DNA of 64,000 nt from Massalongia carnosa. Lineage: Eukaryota. How positions within the stretch are numbered: position 1 is the first letter of the stretch; each line of letters starts with the position of its first letter. The position numbers and the translations under genes were made by a program. The stretch is taken from assembly GCA_965645245.1 (NCBI GenBank), contig OZ287080.1:1426001-1490000 (forward strand). The letters are read 5' to 3'. This document shows positions 1-13,524 of the stretch, in pieces. The notes under the pieces are model-generated. The model had not been told where the DNA came from. It saw only the letters and a list, made by a program, of their open reading frames with translations, and searched no databases.

Positions 1-1108
1 GCAAGCTCTCTGCGAGATTCCGAGTTTGTCGACCCGTTTGAAGTACATTGATGAGTTTTCGTAAGAAGTTTTGTTGTTTGCGTGAGATCTAAGCACGAAG
101 CGTACAAATCTGTGGCGCCATGATTGTCATCTTGCGAACCCTCTCTTTCTCCAATGAAACCAATGTCCGGTCTAGCTTTGCTATTCTGCCCTCCCTTGGT
201 CTTATGCTTCATCCTCAGCGTTTGCACCAGCATCAAGTTCAGCCAAAAACCGAAGAAAAGCTCTCCGATTCCCATCATCTTCCCGAGCTGTTTCAATCCA
301 AACAACTAAATCAATCCTCTCCTTCGTCTTCATTCCCAGCCAACCCCATCCCACCCAGATTTGGGGGCGGATGGGAATTGTTGCGCCAACTAAATGAGGA
401 GCCAACCAACTAGAAGAGGATCAGTGATAGATGGATCTCGAAGAATGCAATACAGAGGATCGGGAGAAGGATCAATGGTGTAGGCTTAGCTTATAGGGTT
501 TAGGGGGCTTGAGGGTTGAAAGGATTGGGGATTTGGCGAGGAAGGGATTGCGAAGAGCGGAAAACCCGATGGATTTGGCGGGATACGACGGCATCTAAAG
601 GGCGGGCGAGGGAGGATTTATTGGAATGGAGAATGTGTAGCTTACAGGTAAGTACTTAAACAAGAGACAGAACTATGAGTAGACCATTTTCTGTAGCTGC
701 AAATGGTTTTACATCGTGATAAAGATTTCTATCATCAGCGCAGCGGTGGGGATGTATTTAGAAAGATGTCATTGCACCAATCGAATGAGAATAACATGAA
801 CATTGGCCCTTCCCCGGACCTTTCCATCCACATCCGTTAGAGAAAAAGAGCTTCGCCCCCCGTATGTAGCGGGATTTAGAAAAGAGGGCTTAGGTTCTGG
901 GTATTATATGGCGTGGCGTTTTGCTCATTAACTTGCTAAAACAGCGAACCACGCTCGATGTACAATGTTGCATGCAAAACCGAAAAGTAATCGGAAAAAG
1001 AGACTCCTCCCGTGTGTGTGCATGCTCGCAACAAATGGGAGTTACTCCGATACCGCTAACAAGGAGTCGAAAGAAGATTGGATGGGACCAAGCAAACTTA
1101 GCTACTTA

Positions 1109-3863
1109 TCAGAAAAAATGTGTATACACCTTGGATTGCTCGTGGACTTCCATTTCCTGCTATCATGTCAGCTGTCATCCAGCCCGAATCTCACGAACAG
1201 GCCAGACGTACCATCTTAAATGTGTTCAACTCCTCTTTGATTTGCTGGGCAAGCATAGGGGTGAGACGGTTACAGGTTGCAATCTCGCCCCTGCGATCGT
1301 ACTCTCCGCTCGGCCAGGTGTCATGGAATTGTAAACGTGGGCTGAAGCTAATGTTACGGGCCGCAATACTCTGCGGGGTGCCTGGTACACTCTTCGATTC
1401 TCCGCTGGCATAGTTTGCCAATGAAAGGAAGTAGTCCTCGCCCTCGATGGTAACGGAGTCAGTCCTCCGATGCCCAAGACGTGGGGCTTCGTCTGACGGA
1501 GTGCTTGGCGAACTAGAACGTGGGGTGTCGGTAAATGGATTGAGCTGGGGGATGGAGATGTCGGTAGCCTTTATATCGTCCGGCTTTGTGACTGGTGAAG
1601 AGTTCCCTGATTCGGTGCCGGTACCGGTACCTACGTAGAGTCAGCGTGTGCCCGTAAATATAGCAACGGTGAATATACGTTTCAAAATGCCTTTTTTGAC
1701 TGCCGCCAAAACCTCAGCACGCTCCTTTTCTCCTCCAATGATGCTACGTCTTTGGCGAGTATTATCGTTTACAAGTTCCTGGGTGATAATCTGTGGTTCG
1801 TTGGCTAAGCTCGCCGCGTCGATCGAGTTCCGCTCCAGCTTCGGAAACCCAGTACCACCACCCGCTTTTTCGTGGGGATTGGCATTCACATTAACTTTCT
1901 CTCGCTCGGCCTCGACGGTTACCATCGAGACCTGAGCAATACTCGGTTCGGGAATGGCAGAGTCGGCAGGAGGAACTCCTACAACTGATTTGGGTCGGAA
2001 TAACCCCACCAAAGAACGAGAACCTTTCTTCATTCCCTTGCCCATCTTTCGAATCATGATAGACGCAGAAGAGGCGGTTGAAGAAATGGAGAGATTATCA
2101 GTCGAGCCAGTGAAGAAATGCCCTTGCCCAGAATAAATGCCCTCTCCTAAACCCGCAGCTTCTTGCTTCTGCGCAATTGCTGCTTGCACAGCATCCTGTT
2201 CATCATGATACCTTTCCTTTCGTAACTTGGCCCGCTCATTTGATAGATTGTTATTCATGTTATTCTCCGCCGACGCCTTCCTTAGTTCCGCTGCACTTCC
2301 AAATGAGAATGCCCTCCGTAAACGTGAGGGCTTTCCCTCTTTCTTCATATCTTTTTTATTGAGAGCGGCCAAATGCTGAGCAGCAGGGCTTTCTGGTGTT
2401 TGGGGAGTTGGCTCTAGTGTGGGAATTGGCAGCTTATGGGGTGCAAATGAATCTTTTATTCGTGTGTTCTCGGGGCTCATGGTTATCGGTTTGGACAGAG
2501 GGGATGGGTTAGTAAGCCTCTTATTCATTTCCGAGGAAGTTCGAGGTGGGATGTTTATAATTCTGGCTTCGTTCTTGGCAATGGATGTAGCTTGCAACCC
2601 AGCAGAACTGGATGTCGGTATAGCGGTGGCTCTATCTTGCTTGGACTGCCAACGCGCAATTAGTACAAGGACCAAACATTAATTCTCATTGCCAGTGAGT
2701 TGATTGGCTTATCGCCAGGGGCATGGAGTATTATCTGTGCTTACCGAAGATGGCCGCGAACCCGATCGACTAGAGCTTGCGCTTTCGGTGCTGTGGTTTC
2801 GGCCATGCGACGAGGTGGACCGCTGTAGAATCGGCAGTGTTTGATTCTCAGCTCGTTCCTGTGCTGCTGGACCCGGAAGAGTAGCGGCAGGTGCCCTCTG
2901 TTGAACATGGGGTTGGGCCTTGGATTCGGATAACTGGCCTGTATGCTCCTTCATTTCAAGGCTGCTGGTGCTTCGTCTCCTATACCTTTTCGCTAGGTCT
3001 ACAGCCGACTGCTTTGGGAGACTCATGTCATCCGAACTCAAAAGCCGTACCGTGGAGCTAGGGGCAGCATCATTGGAGGGTTGGGGTGATACCTGGGATC
3101 CATGAAATGATGGATATGATGTCAAAGTTGGGGTGCTACTGGATTGTGTTGGGTTGTTGTAGAGATGTCCAATTGTTGCCATGCCAGAACCAGATGGTGG
3201 AGCAGATCCACCTTGTGTAGAGGCACCTGTTGCCTGTGATCCGCCCGGCTCTGCCCGGCGGTGATTACGTCGATAGCGATCCGGAGATGGCTTTGGAGCA
3301 TTGGGGTGAGTTAAAGTCGTGGATAGCGAGGGAACGTTCAAGTCAATGGTCGAAAGTGGCCTGGGATGGTTTTGTTTCACGCCTGACTGAATCGACGTGT
3401 CATCTTTAGATCCCATTTGTTGAGGTAACGAAAGCGTGTTTGACGAATCAACAGGTAATGGTGGAGATAAGCTTTGTAGCAGGCGTTGTCGACTTTGAAC
3501 CGTAGAGATGGTTGGAGGGTTTTGTTGCGTGATCAGTAATGTAGGAGCAGACAAGGTCCGGTTCTCCTGCCGTAACAGTGGAACTGTCGGATGTTGACGA
3601 AGGGGATTAGTGGTGTTTGGAGTCACTTGTGCGTTTGTAAATGTATACGGTGCCCCTGGAGAAATCGAGGTGTGTCCCCGGTAATTACCTCCCGCCATGC
3701 TTCCTACCGAGGAGTGGTATATGTTGTTCCTAGGCATCTGAGGGTTTCGTTGATGTTGTTGGCTCTGAGGGCCGTTCTGGAATGCTTCGGCTGACGAAGG
3801 ACGGGTTTGAAGCATTGTAAGAGTTGAGGTTGGTGAAGGAAATGACTGCACCAAAGCAGCCAT
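1109..3863 (-). CDS. BNI4: Bni4-like protein (PP1/Glc7-targeting septation scaffold), 4 exons
   Basis: ORFs 2709-3890, 1641-2675 and 1191-1421 join through GT-AG introns (~2648-2744, ~1633-1679, 1157-1211). ATG at 3863 (MAALVQSF). Motifs RLRRAFSFGSAAELRK and KGILK, and the C-terminal RNISFSPRLQFHDTWPSGEYDRRGEIATCNRLTPMLAQQIKEELNTFKM-EMEVHEQSKVYTHFF* match the Bni4/phactr-like PP1-binding tail. Confidence 0.85.
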
Positions 3864-6800
3864 GGTGGAACGTGGGAGGTAGGTGATCACTCCAAGCGTG
3901 TATTTTTGAGCAATGGGGATGTTGTGTTAATGGAAGGTATCAGAACAGTTCGAGAAAGATTGTAATTGTCCGTTGCCTAGATGAAGATTCACTATTAGCA
4001 TGAGTTGTGAGCATACGTGAATTTGTGCGTTCGACCTGGAATGTGCAGGTCCATCAAGCGAGTTGAATCAAGCTGATAGGTGGGCCGTGGAGGGGAACAC
4101 GCAGGATTAGATCCAGCTGCACGTACGGAAGTTGATAGCTGAACGACTTGCCAAATGAAACCGGGTGTGAAGTGAAAGGCTGCTACTAATACAATGATGG
4201 AATCGAAGTGATGGTTGTTGCGTCGGCTGTGGAGGTTGTTGAATTCATGAATGAAGGCTCGACTGCATCTCAGTCGTTAGTGGTTTACAGCACTCCAGGC
4301 GAGCCGAGCAACGTCTCAGCCAGCGAAGGAATGGATGGGGAAGTGTTGTAGGTGAGTACACACACTCAGACACACACATACACACAGCCAACTCAACACC
4401 ACAGGCCTTTATAGGCCAGGTCACAGAGTCGCTGGGGGGGAGACAATGAGGGAGGAAGGGCGAGGGCAAAAGGTTCGATCGGATCACATTAGCCCACCCC
4501 TGGATTACGATACCGCTTTGGAAGCGAGCAACTCGGAACACAAGAATGCTATGACGAGGTGATTGGAATGCGAAAGGAAACCCGAGCACCATGAGACCGC
4601 AGAAAACGACGACGAAGGAAGTAGAGAAGAGGTGCTCGAGGGAGGAAGCTGTGTGACAGACTGAACGTGTGGATGGATAACACGAAGTTTGAATTGGGAT
4701 GGATGTGTGGGTAACCAGGAGAGCCATTGACAGGCCCCTAAATGGCTCTGATGCTACCAACTCACTAGTGTGGTGCTGCGAGTCAAAGGATAAGCCCAAC
4801 ACAGTTAGGTCGAGTGGGTGATTAAGTAAAGACGCGTTCTTTGGCGCAAGGCGCAGGCAGGGTCATTCATTTATTATTTCCCTTTGAGCCTTCATTCGCC
4901 CATTCACCATTTACCACTCATGCCCACCAGGGAAGACACGTTCAGATGGCTGCGTATGATTGGATGGGTGGTCTCGTCGGCTTTCACAACTGGCACCTGT
5001 GCAGACTGGGTTCTGAATTCTGCATTCTGTGTTCTGTGTTCTGTACTCAGTAACTCGAGCTGTCTACAAATCGGTCGAGCAGAGATTGAAGGCGATTTTT
5101 CCTGTTGAAGGAAATCTATGGTTGTTTCTAGGTTTGGTCGGCCAGGCGTAGCTGAGCCGCACAGACCGAATGCTTCCTAAGGCATTGCATGCGTGTAAAT
5201 GGTTGTACAATAAAGCAGAGGTGCAGAGTGGAAAGCATCTCTTGCAGTCCAGAGAAGTCATCATGCCGTACCGATGCAGCTAACCCCCACTGTCCTATCG
5301 ATCCATTGCAACGAGCCCTCCATAATCACAAAAATTAGCCACCCCGTTAAGGTTAACATTTTGGAAACACACAGTTACACATGAAGCAATCAGCATGGAA
5401 TTTTGAAGTATTTCCAACTCGACAGCAAGGCTTTCCTACTCCCTTCCGCTTCGATACCGCCGTTCATCAATTGAGTTTGACTTTAGGCTTTTCATTACTC
5501 TGTATCCTCCTCTAGATGCGATGCGAAGCGATCGATACACTGTGATGCTACCTTCCCCGTCGCTTCTAGGCTAAACTCTAGATCCAGGAAAGTTTCACGC
5601 ACAGCTGTCATTATGTGCTGAAGCATCGTCAACGCTCATTTTACCCGGGTTGATGGTTTATAGCGCCAGGAACGAAAAGACGAGTAGAATTTCAACCGCT
5701 GCATTATTAGCTTCAACTAAATAATACCTACTTAACCAGAGCATTCAAGCAAGCAATGACGAGGGTGATATTGAAGAAAATAGTTTGACCAGGTGGTTGG
5801 AAAGGATAACTCCTTGATGTAGGCATTCAGACGCACTCGATGCTACAGAGTGGTGGGTGAAAGGGTTTTTAGCATCATTTGGCTTGAAATATTTGATCCA
5901 AGAACATAAAGCTGTACATGACATGACGCATCTTGCTGAGAGCCACTCACCCAAAGTTGGATTTTTTCGTAAACTACAAAGGGGTAAGAGAGCATGAAAA
6001 GCCAACGCTGAGTTCAAAACGTCATGAAGCCCACCAAGATAGGTAGCTTCGGAAGGGGGGTTGTAGCGCGGTTTAGGAAAACTTAACGTTTTGTGATTGG
6101 TAATACAGATTGAGGAACCCGCTGGGCTCGAGTACCCTCTGCTTTTTGGCAATTCTCGGGCCTATCACTACTGATGATGACGATACACCAGGCCACACGG
6201 TATTTCGTCCAGCCTGAGTCGGTAACCGCTAAACATCCTCGGCAGCTATGTTTTACCACCCATCTCCCATCACCCACCCCCTTGAACCGCTTTTCCGTCT
6301 TCTGGCGGGACACGATTGGGTACGATTGGCAGCGACTTCTGGGCTTAACCCCTTCAAGTGGCTTTCCTTTTCCTTTTATTGCTCATACCGAGACCTTAAT
6401 GATTGCTACCCTATCGTTCGGGCCTGGGTCGCGGTCTGGCAGAAGCATTGCCCATGCGCTTCTACTCCGGACGGACATCGCTGCCTGCGCCAATTCCTGT
6501 TGGACTCTGTATGGCCCCTAAGATAAGCTGAGGCGAGCGCACGCTTTCCGGGAGCACTCAGCATGGGCCCGCATGTTGCAAAAAGAAAGCTGATCGAATC
6601 CCTACTGGGTAGTCGGGAATATCTCCAAAACAAAATCCACAAGGCGTTTTCTTCCCCACAATCGGAAGAGGAAGAACGATGAAGATGGGGTGGGCCGATG
6701 GACGAAGTGGACTGGGATACCCATCCCGACCTCCATCCTACATCGTTACATGGTTGTCACACAATCCTCGCTTATCTTGATTCGAATCCGCCACCAGTTC

Positions 6801-8489
6801 TCATCCTCAAAACGGATGGGGATGAAGCTTGTCATGCGCCCGGGTCTTGGCATGTCCCTGGAACGAGTTTCCTGGACCGATTACTCTGTAAGGATTAAGC
6901 TGGCACGATGGTTGAAAAGTCGACGATAATGACTCAGCCATCTGAACGATGAGATTTTTTGTGGGTACCGTTCCCCGCCTTTTGGCTCGTCGATCACGGA
7001 CTACGGCAGCTAGTGAGCCCGTTGGATGACAACTTCCCAGACCTCCGAAGTGGAGAATACGGATAGACACATGAATCACGTAGACGGCATTTGTGCCAGT
7101 CGTCAGCTCCATGACTTTAGTACTCGATAAATTCCATTCTCTTCCGGTTGTTCTCGGCATGTCTCCAACCATCCACGCATACGCTACTCATGACATCGTC
7201 CGCTCTACGATTTACGATGCCTCTAAAGCCGAGTCTATGGTACGCATGGGTATACAGTGAAAATTTAGATCCCCCACCGATCTTCGAGTTTGACGTTTCT
7301 CTCCAGACGCTGGCCCTTGCATATAAGATGGAACCTTGAATGGGACGAGTTCATTCTCGGGATCGTACTCTACAGATCAAACGCAATTCCTTTAGCTAGG
7401 AAACAACACTTGCCTCCTGTTCCGATTCCTGAAGGTATGGTGCAGAGCTTTTTCGTTTCCGAGTCTGGTTTCTCAAACCCACCAAAGATATTTATACATC
7501 TTGCGGTCGTCTCAAATATTCCGTGATCTAAGCTTGAAACTGTTAGTTCAGAGCAATAGCAGCGTCTGACTTCATTTCGTTTCTGCTCCGTACCTTATCA
7601 CCGGGAGACCTTGCTTTGCGGGGCAAAAGGGGTCAAAATGGTATCCAACAAAAGAGCAAAATATTTGAATTTAAACAGGTTGTCAACGAGTCACTAGGAC
7701 AGATCTCGAGATCAAGCCCACAGCCTTGCAATCCTCGACGAGTTCTTAGTTAAACGGGGGTAAGCATCTAGGTAGAAGCAACGGTCTTCCTTAGCAGTGA
7801 ATGGGAAGCCCATTGATAATTTGCCTATCGAATTCCAGCCTCAAACGTGGGTTCAAATTAAGGGAGTTGCCTTCTCTAAGCCAATCCAAAATGTTCGTTT
7901 TTCTACTCTCATCCAAAACCCCACCCTTTGTGATTCCGCGTCGAGGGCCGAGTCTACGATATCCTCGAGAAGGCCATATCAAGAGAACAAGTAAGAGACT
8001 AAACAAGGTTGGTTGGATGTGCGATTCAGTTACCCACATGAAATTAAAGAAAGAAAACTTAAGCTGTGAGATATTAAATGTATCTACAATGTCTCTTTTT
8101 GTATATAGTCCGAGGCTTCTGAGGCTTTCCAAATAGATGATGAATGTATCATTAGTATATAATTCTTCACATAACTGTTTCCTTGAATGTTGCCTTTTGG
8201 ATCCATATGGCTTTTCGGAAACGAAGATTTGGCTTTGAGTTAGGGCAAGTGATCGGGATGGAAGAACAAATCTCCATTTAGATAGAGTAGTTAACTCCGA
8301 TCTTCCGCGATAAAGAACCCAAAACTGTCGTCAGCAATCACGTTTTCCAGAAACCTTTCCATCGATACGCCTTCATGTTGAGAATATATTTCCCTCGTTT
8401 GGGTCGTTGCGATACCAAGTGATGCTGACTTACTCTCCGCCTCATCTGCAGCTGCCCCCGCGCAAGCTTGCCATTCCAAAACCTTTACT

Positions 8490-9345
8490 ATGTATCACCT
8501 CGCCAAATCCCTCTACCTCCATGCTACCAGCAAAGAAGGTCATCTCAGCTCCCCCTCCTTTACTTTCTCTAAAACCCTTCCTCTTCCTCCTCCATACTCT
8601 CATCCCTCAATCTCACTCTCCTGATTAAGCAAGAAAAACTAAACCAACCCCAGAATACTCCATCCTCCTTCTTGGCCTAGACAATGCCGGTAAAACCACC
8701 CTTCTCTCGAGCATCAAATCCCTCTATCACCCCTCTCATCCCGCGCCCGCGCACAAAACAGTTCCCACTGTCGGCCAGAATGTCACTACCGTCGCGCTAC
8801 CCGATATGTACCTCAAGCTCTGGGACGTGGGCGGCCAGCACGCGCTGCGGAATCTCTGGGCGGGATACTACGCCAGTTGTCACGCCATCGTGTTCGTCAT
8901 CGATAGCTGCGACGTCGGGGACGGGGAACTCGAACCGACGGAGCTCAATGGCGCTTCGACGGACGAAAACGTCCCTGGCGAATCCACGACCGGAGCAGGC
9001 GGAGGAATCAAAAGCGCCAACGGCATGGCAATGACAGACGCGCACGCCGGCCGACTTGCCGAGTGCCGGCTGATCCTCGAATCCGTGCTGGCGTCTTCGG
9101 CCACGGCAGGGGTGCCGATCCTGGTGCTGGCCAACAAGCAGGACCGCGAAGACTGCGTTGAGACGGTGCGCATCAAGGAGGGGCTCGTGCGCCGCGTGTT
9201 CGAGGGCGAGAAGGGGGGCGGGGTGCGGGACAGTCGGGTTTTGCCGGTGAGCGCGTTGAAGGGGACGGGTGTGAGGGAGGCGGTGGAGTGGGTGCGGAGT
9301 CGGGTCAAGTGGAACCGGGAGGGGAGACCGCCTGTTATGCGGTAG
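8490..9345 (+). CDS. ARL3: ARF-related small GTPase (Arl3/ARFRP1), 2 exons
   Basis: ATG 8490 MYHLAKSLYLHATSKE, intron 8539-8653, then EYSILLLGLDNAGKTT (P-loop), PTVGQN, LWDVGGQ, ILVLANKQD, VSALKG. Confidence 0.93.
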
Positions 9346-9463
9346 CCTGAGTCGTTGGATAAAAGAGTTTGATTTTTTCGGGAAAGGATAGCGTGCAGGA
9401 GTAATCGGATCGTTTACATAAACCACCACCACTATCTACATATCCACCCCCCCCCCCCCCCCA

Positions 9464-9585
9464 CAAGAAAAAAACCAAGCCTTATGCACTATTCCCCTCC
9501 ACTTGCGTCCTTCCCCCCCCCAAGAAAAATACCAAGCCTTATGCACTATTCCCCTCCACTTGCGTCCTTCCCCCCCCCCCCCCCC
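9464..9585. repeat. Tandem duplication of a ~57-bp unit bounded by poly-C runs
   Basis: caagaaaa(a/t)accaagccttatgcactattcccctccacttgcgtcctt(c)n occurs at 9464-9520 and 9521-9585. Confidence 0.9.
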
Positions 9586-10228
9586 TCCCCGCCTTAAGGC
9601 GAAGTTGCAGTTTGCAGTTTTGCAGACAAGTCCACTAGATAATTAAATGTCGCGCGGGGAGTTGGTGATCGATAGACAGATACACACGCAGAGCCAATCT
9701 CGTATCCCGGATCCAGATGCATACCCAAAGTCCCCAAAGTCTCGAGCCCGTGGCTCACGCTCGTTTTTTCCCCCCACTCTCACTCTCACTCGCTCACAAC
9801 ACTTCTCTTCGAAACCCCCTATTTTTTTTTAAAAAAGTTTCTTTTATTTCTCTTTTTTTTTTCAGAATTCTCTCGTATATCACTGGCTTCGCTCCCACTC
9901 GTTGATGTTCCGTTGGGTACTTTGCCGGATGGGGTTCTTTCTTGGTGGTGGTGGTGGTGGTGGTTGGTTTGGTTGGTTTGGTTGGTTTGGTTTTACTTAT
10001 CTGGTCCGAGGATTTTATTTACGATTTTTTTTTAATAAAAAAAGATCGTCTCGGGTTGTGGAAAGGAGGGGAGGTAGGAGAACAGAAGATATCGCGACGG
10101 ATTTGTCAACATCAAGTTCCAAAAGGCGGATCAGGCGAATGTTGGGACGGACTACAAAAACCGGCATTTGGAAGGAGTGGGAACGAGTTCCTCGACGAAA
10201 TGTATTGGAAACCAAGCGACCATTACCT

Positions 10229-12667
10229 TTACAGGACCCACGGCTGGTCATCAAGCGTCGATTCGGTAGGCCGCATCTTCTTTCTCTCAAAAATCCTCCC
10301 CATTCCTAACACTCGCCTCCACCACCCCCGCCTCTCCACCATACCATCACTCTCCCCCTCACTCTCCGTTCCCACCCTCCCGCTCAACCCCAACAGCACT
10401 GCCGGGTTCAGTAGCGCGTAGAGCGTCACATACCACTCTGACGGCTTTGGGTTCTCATGCTTGGGGCGAAACGCATCGAAGCATGTCCCGCGTCGCCGCC
10501 ACGCTACCGCACAGTCCGCCTTCATGGCGCGGACGACGGGGCGTTTTTGAGCCTCGTAGAGGCGGCTAAGGTTGTGTACGAGGCTGTTGACGTTGAACAT
10601 GGTTAGGTAGGTGAGGAGGGCAACGACAAGGATGACGATGATGAGGGATGTGGAGGAGAATTTGTCGTTGATGCTCCAAAGGGACTATATGGTTGTTAGT
10701 GGTTCTCAGGGTCTTTGTCATGCTACGAGAAGCAAGATAACGGTAGGCTCAAGGAATGGGCATTTTAGAACAGATTGAAGGAAGCTGCACTTACGGTACA
10801 GAAAGCTAGCGGGAGGAAGAAGATGCTCACAAAGGTCAGAAGCTTGACGTTTTCACCGAGTCTCGTGGAGGCTCGGCTTTCAATGACAGCGCTTGCGTTG
10901 AATAGCTATGGCATGTTTCAGCTTCATCAGCCACGCCACAAGCTGAAGAACCTACGGCATCTCTCAAAGCTTTGGTGGATGCAAGCTTCCGCCTGAAGTA
11001 TTCACGTTGGTTTTGCAGAACTTGATATTGCCGGTCGGCATTCCTCAATTGGACAACGTCAAGTTCGAGAAATCCATTTAGGTTGAGCGAGGGTAGAATG
11101 CGGGCTTCCTTATATAGCTCCCATTGAGTGATGTTGTCTGAAACGCAAGCTTCGAATTCGGATAGGCAATCGATTGCCCAGAAATAACGTCGTGACCTTG
11201 AAAAAGCCCCATCATCGAAGAGAAGAGTGTCATGCTCCGAGGGGTTCATAAGGGAGTCTCCTCCATCCAGAATAAATTCGAAAAACGACTGGAATGATGC
11301 CCACCGTTCGCTGATCCTTTCCAGCCCTTGACCTATTAGATTCATCTCGGCTCCTTGCTGTGTAAGCCTGCCCAAGCAGTGACCAAGAGCTTGCGCCCTA
11401 CCAGGAGGAAGAGCTTTCATGGGGAATGAAGTGTTGTTCTCGTTAAAAAAATAGTCAGGCGCAAGCAGCAGCAAAGTCCAGTGTCTAGACAAACTCTCAG
11501 AACTGGTCGGTTCATCCGCAGGTTTGTTTGAATTCGGAGGAGCGTAGAGCTGGTATTAATCAGTCATGAATGGGTTAAAAGAAAACAGTAAATTTTACTG
11601 TATATGCACTTTTCCGAAAGTACCATCCCAAAGGATGATCGTACAAAGGCCCCTGCTTCCATAGTTCATTTATATGCAGATGTTCGCTCTTGCGTATCTC
11701 ATAAAACGTGGTATGGAAACCTGCGCTGGGGTCCCAATAAGGATTCATCGTGGTATCCCGGCGCTTCAATCGTAGATGAAAGAACAAATGAGTCCAAAGC
11801 CCAGTACTCGTATCCCCCCTCGCAAAATAGGGAATCGGCTCGGGTAAGGCTTCGTTGAAGTGTTTCTTGTCTGGTTTGATGCTTTCACCGGTTGTCATTC
11901 CTTGATAGACTCTAGCAAGCCGTTAGAGGTGAATGTATTGCGTCATAGGAGAAATACATGAGTCTCGACCATGGAGCATTATCCAACTGCCTTGGATTTA
12001 CCATCAACTCGCTTCCAATTGCTATCTCTCCAACTCTATAAATCCTGGTATTGTTCGTCGAATCGTAGTCGACAATAAAAAAGTCATTGCCTTGCTCCGT
12101 TCTTAATGTAGCATCAAATCGATGGAGTAGATCTAGCCTGTTTAAAACGGTCGACTTGGCCCCATTATACATGGCAATCTGCGATCCCCAGTAGTCTTCG
12201 GGATCATCCATTGTGCTCTTGAAGATCTTCAAAGACAACCGTCTATCATAGGGAATCTGCCAATAACCGCCGACCTTTTTGTTGAGCAGCTTCACAAAGC
12301 CCTCGTCCCCGTCCCAATTACGCTGATTGATGCTCCACTTGCTATACCGCACTCTAATACCGCCAGGGTTTTTATTCGACGAAATGTCCACAAAACGATT
12401 TTCTCTCGAAAGGGTATAAGTGGACGCAGGACCATCATATTCCCTTTGCTGCCAAACATATTCCGGCCTTTCTCCTCCATTCGCTACATTTTCAAGCGTT
12501 GCAGGCGACCTGGCAAATACCTGCGGCTCCGTAGAACCATTGCTTGGTAGAGTGTCATTTTCGAGATGTTCCAAACGCCGATCCTGCTTTTCCAGCTTCT
12601 CCTCGATACGCTCTAACACCCGAAGTATATTGACCAATATTGCACTCGATTGTTGGACGTCTGTCAT
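10229..12667 (-). CDS. Fungal protein with C-terminal CorA-like two-TM domain, 5 exons
   Basis: ORFs 11912-12667, 11575-11898, 10836-11492 and 10229-10600 splice in frame. The product contains RSRRYFWAIDCL...ALRDA-LFNASAVIESRASTRLGENVKLLTFVSIFFLPLAFCT-SLWSIND followed by a second TM helix, as in fungal CorA-like-domain proteins. Confidence 0.75.
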
Positions 12668-13524
12668 AATAATCTGATGGTGCGGGCGTGAAAAATTTTA
12701 GTGGATGGGAGGATGCCCAACATGGTGCCAGAGGAAAGAAGTGTTCCATAGGAGAGGACAAACGGGTGGAATAAATAAAATCTTTAGGACACAGGCGTCT
12801 CTGCCTGATTATTGACCGTATTCGAGCATGCCACAGGATTTCGAAGCTGCACAGCCACACGAAACACGAAGACTCGGACAAATCCTAAATGGGTTAGCTA
12901 TGTACATTAAGGTAGCCAATCCTTTCTACCTATTTGTAATTAGCGTCTAGCATCTGCATTTGTGAGGAAAATCTCATGCAAGAGATGGAGTTCTTCGGGT
13001 GACGGAGGATAATACGTCTTTTCCCAAGCCTTTTCAACGAGCATCGAAAGACGAATGTACTCATTTCACCAGTCGGCCAACTTAAAAAGCGTGTGTGACG
13101 ATTCCCTTTTGCAAGTTAAACGCGGCCGTTAAATTAGCTTCCTTGATTACTAATTTCAAGAATATAGTTAACTGCGACAATGATGATGATGATGATGAAC
13201 AGGAAATAAAGTTTTTCAAGAGGTTGGGCAATTGGATTTGGAGCTATACTAATCGGTGATTTGGCCTTTTTATTTTTAACGTTGGTGTAAAAGGTGGAAC
13301 ATCTTGGCTTACCCCGAGCGGAGCTTGGGGTAACGTCCATCGGATTTACCTCGGTCGCACGGTTAACCCTAAAGTCTAATTTATTTAGTGGAAGAACGCA
13401 TTTCTTCAAAGCTCATCTTTACACATTTCATACAACTTGACTACGCCACACCGCAGCATAAATGTACAACCCAAACTCCATCACTGTAGACCCAAAAAAC
13501 AATATCACCGCTCACCCGCCCCTG

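Noticed and set aside
1..413. Short ORFs at the window start
   Set aside because: No recognisable product. May be the 5' region of a minus-strand gene outside the window.
492..510. TTAGGG-like sequence (also near 28691)
   Set aside because: Only one or two imperfect units, so not a telomeric array.
5740..8140. Protein-like fragments in the BNI4-ARL3 spacer (e.g. SLAVNGKPIDNLPIEFQPQTWVQIKG, loosely FHA-like)
   Set aside because: Short, interrupted by stops, and no coherent gene model or confident family.
8797..9432. Long antisense or alternate-frame ORFs over ARL3 (similarly over FYVE 42682-43239, 7TM 51050-51553 and MoaC 52130-52887)
   Set aside because: Shadow ORFs expected from high GC and stop-codon scarcity, with no recognisable domains.
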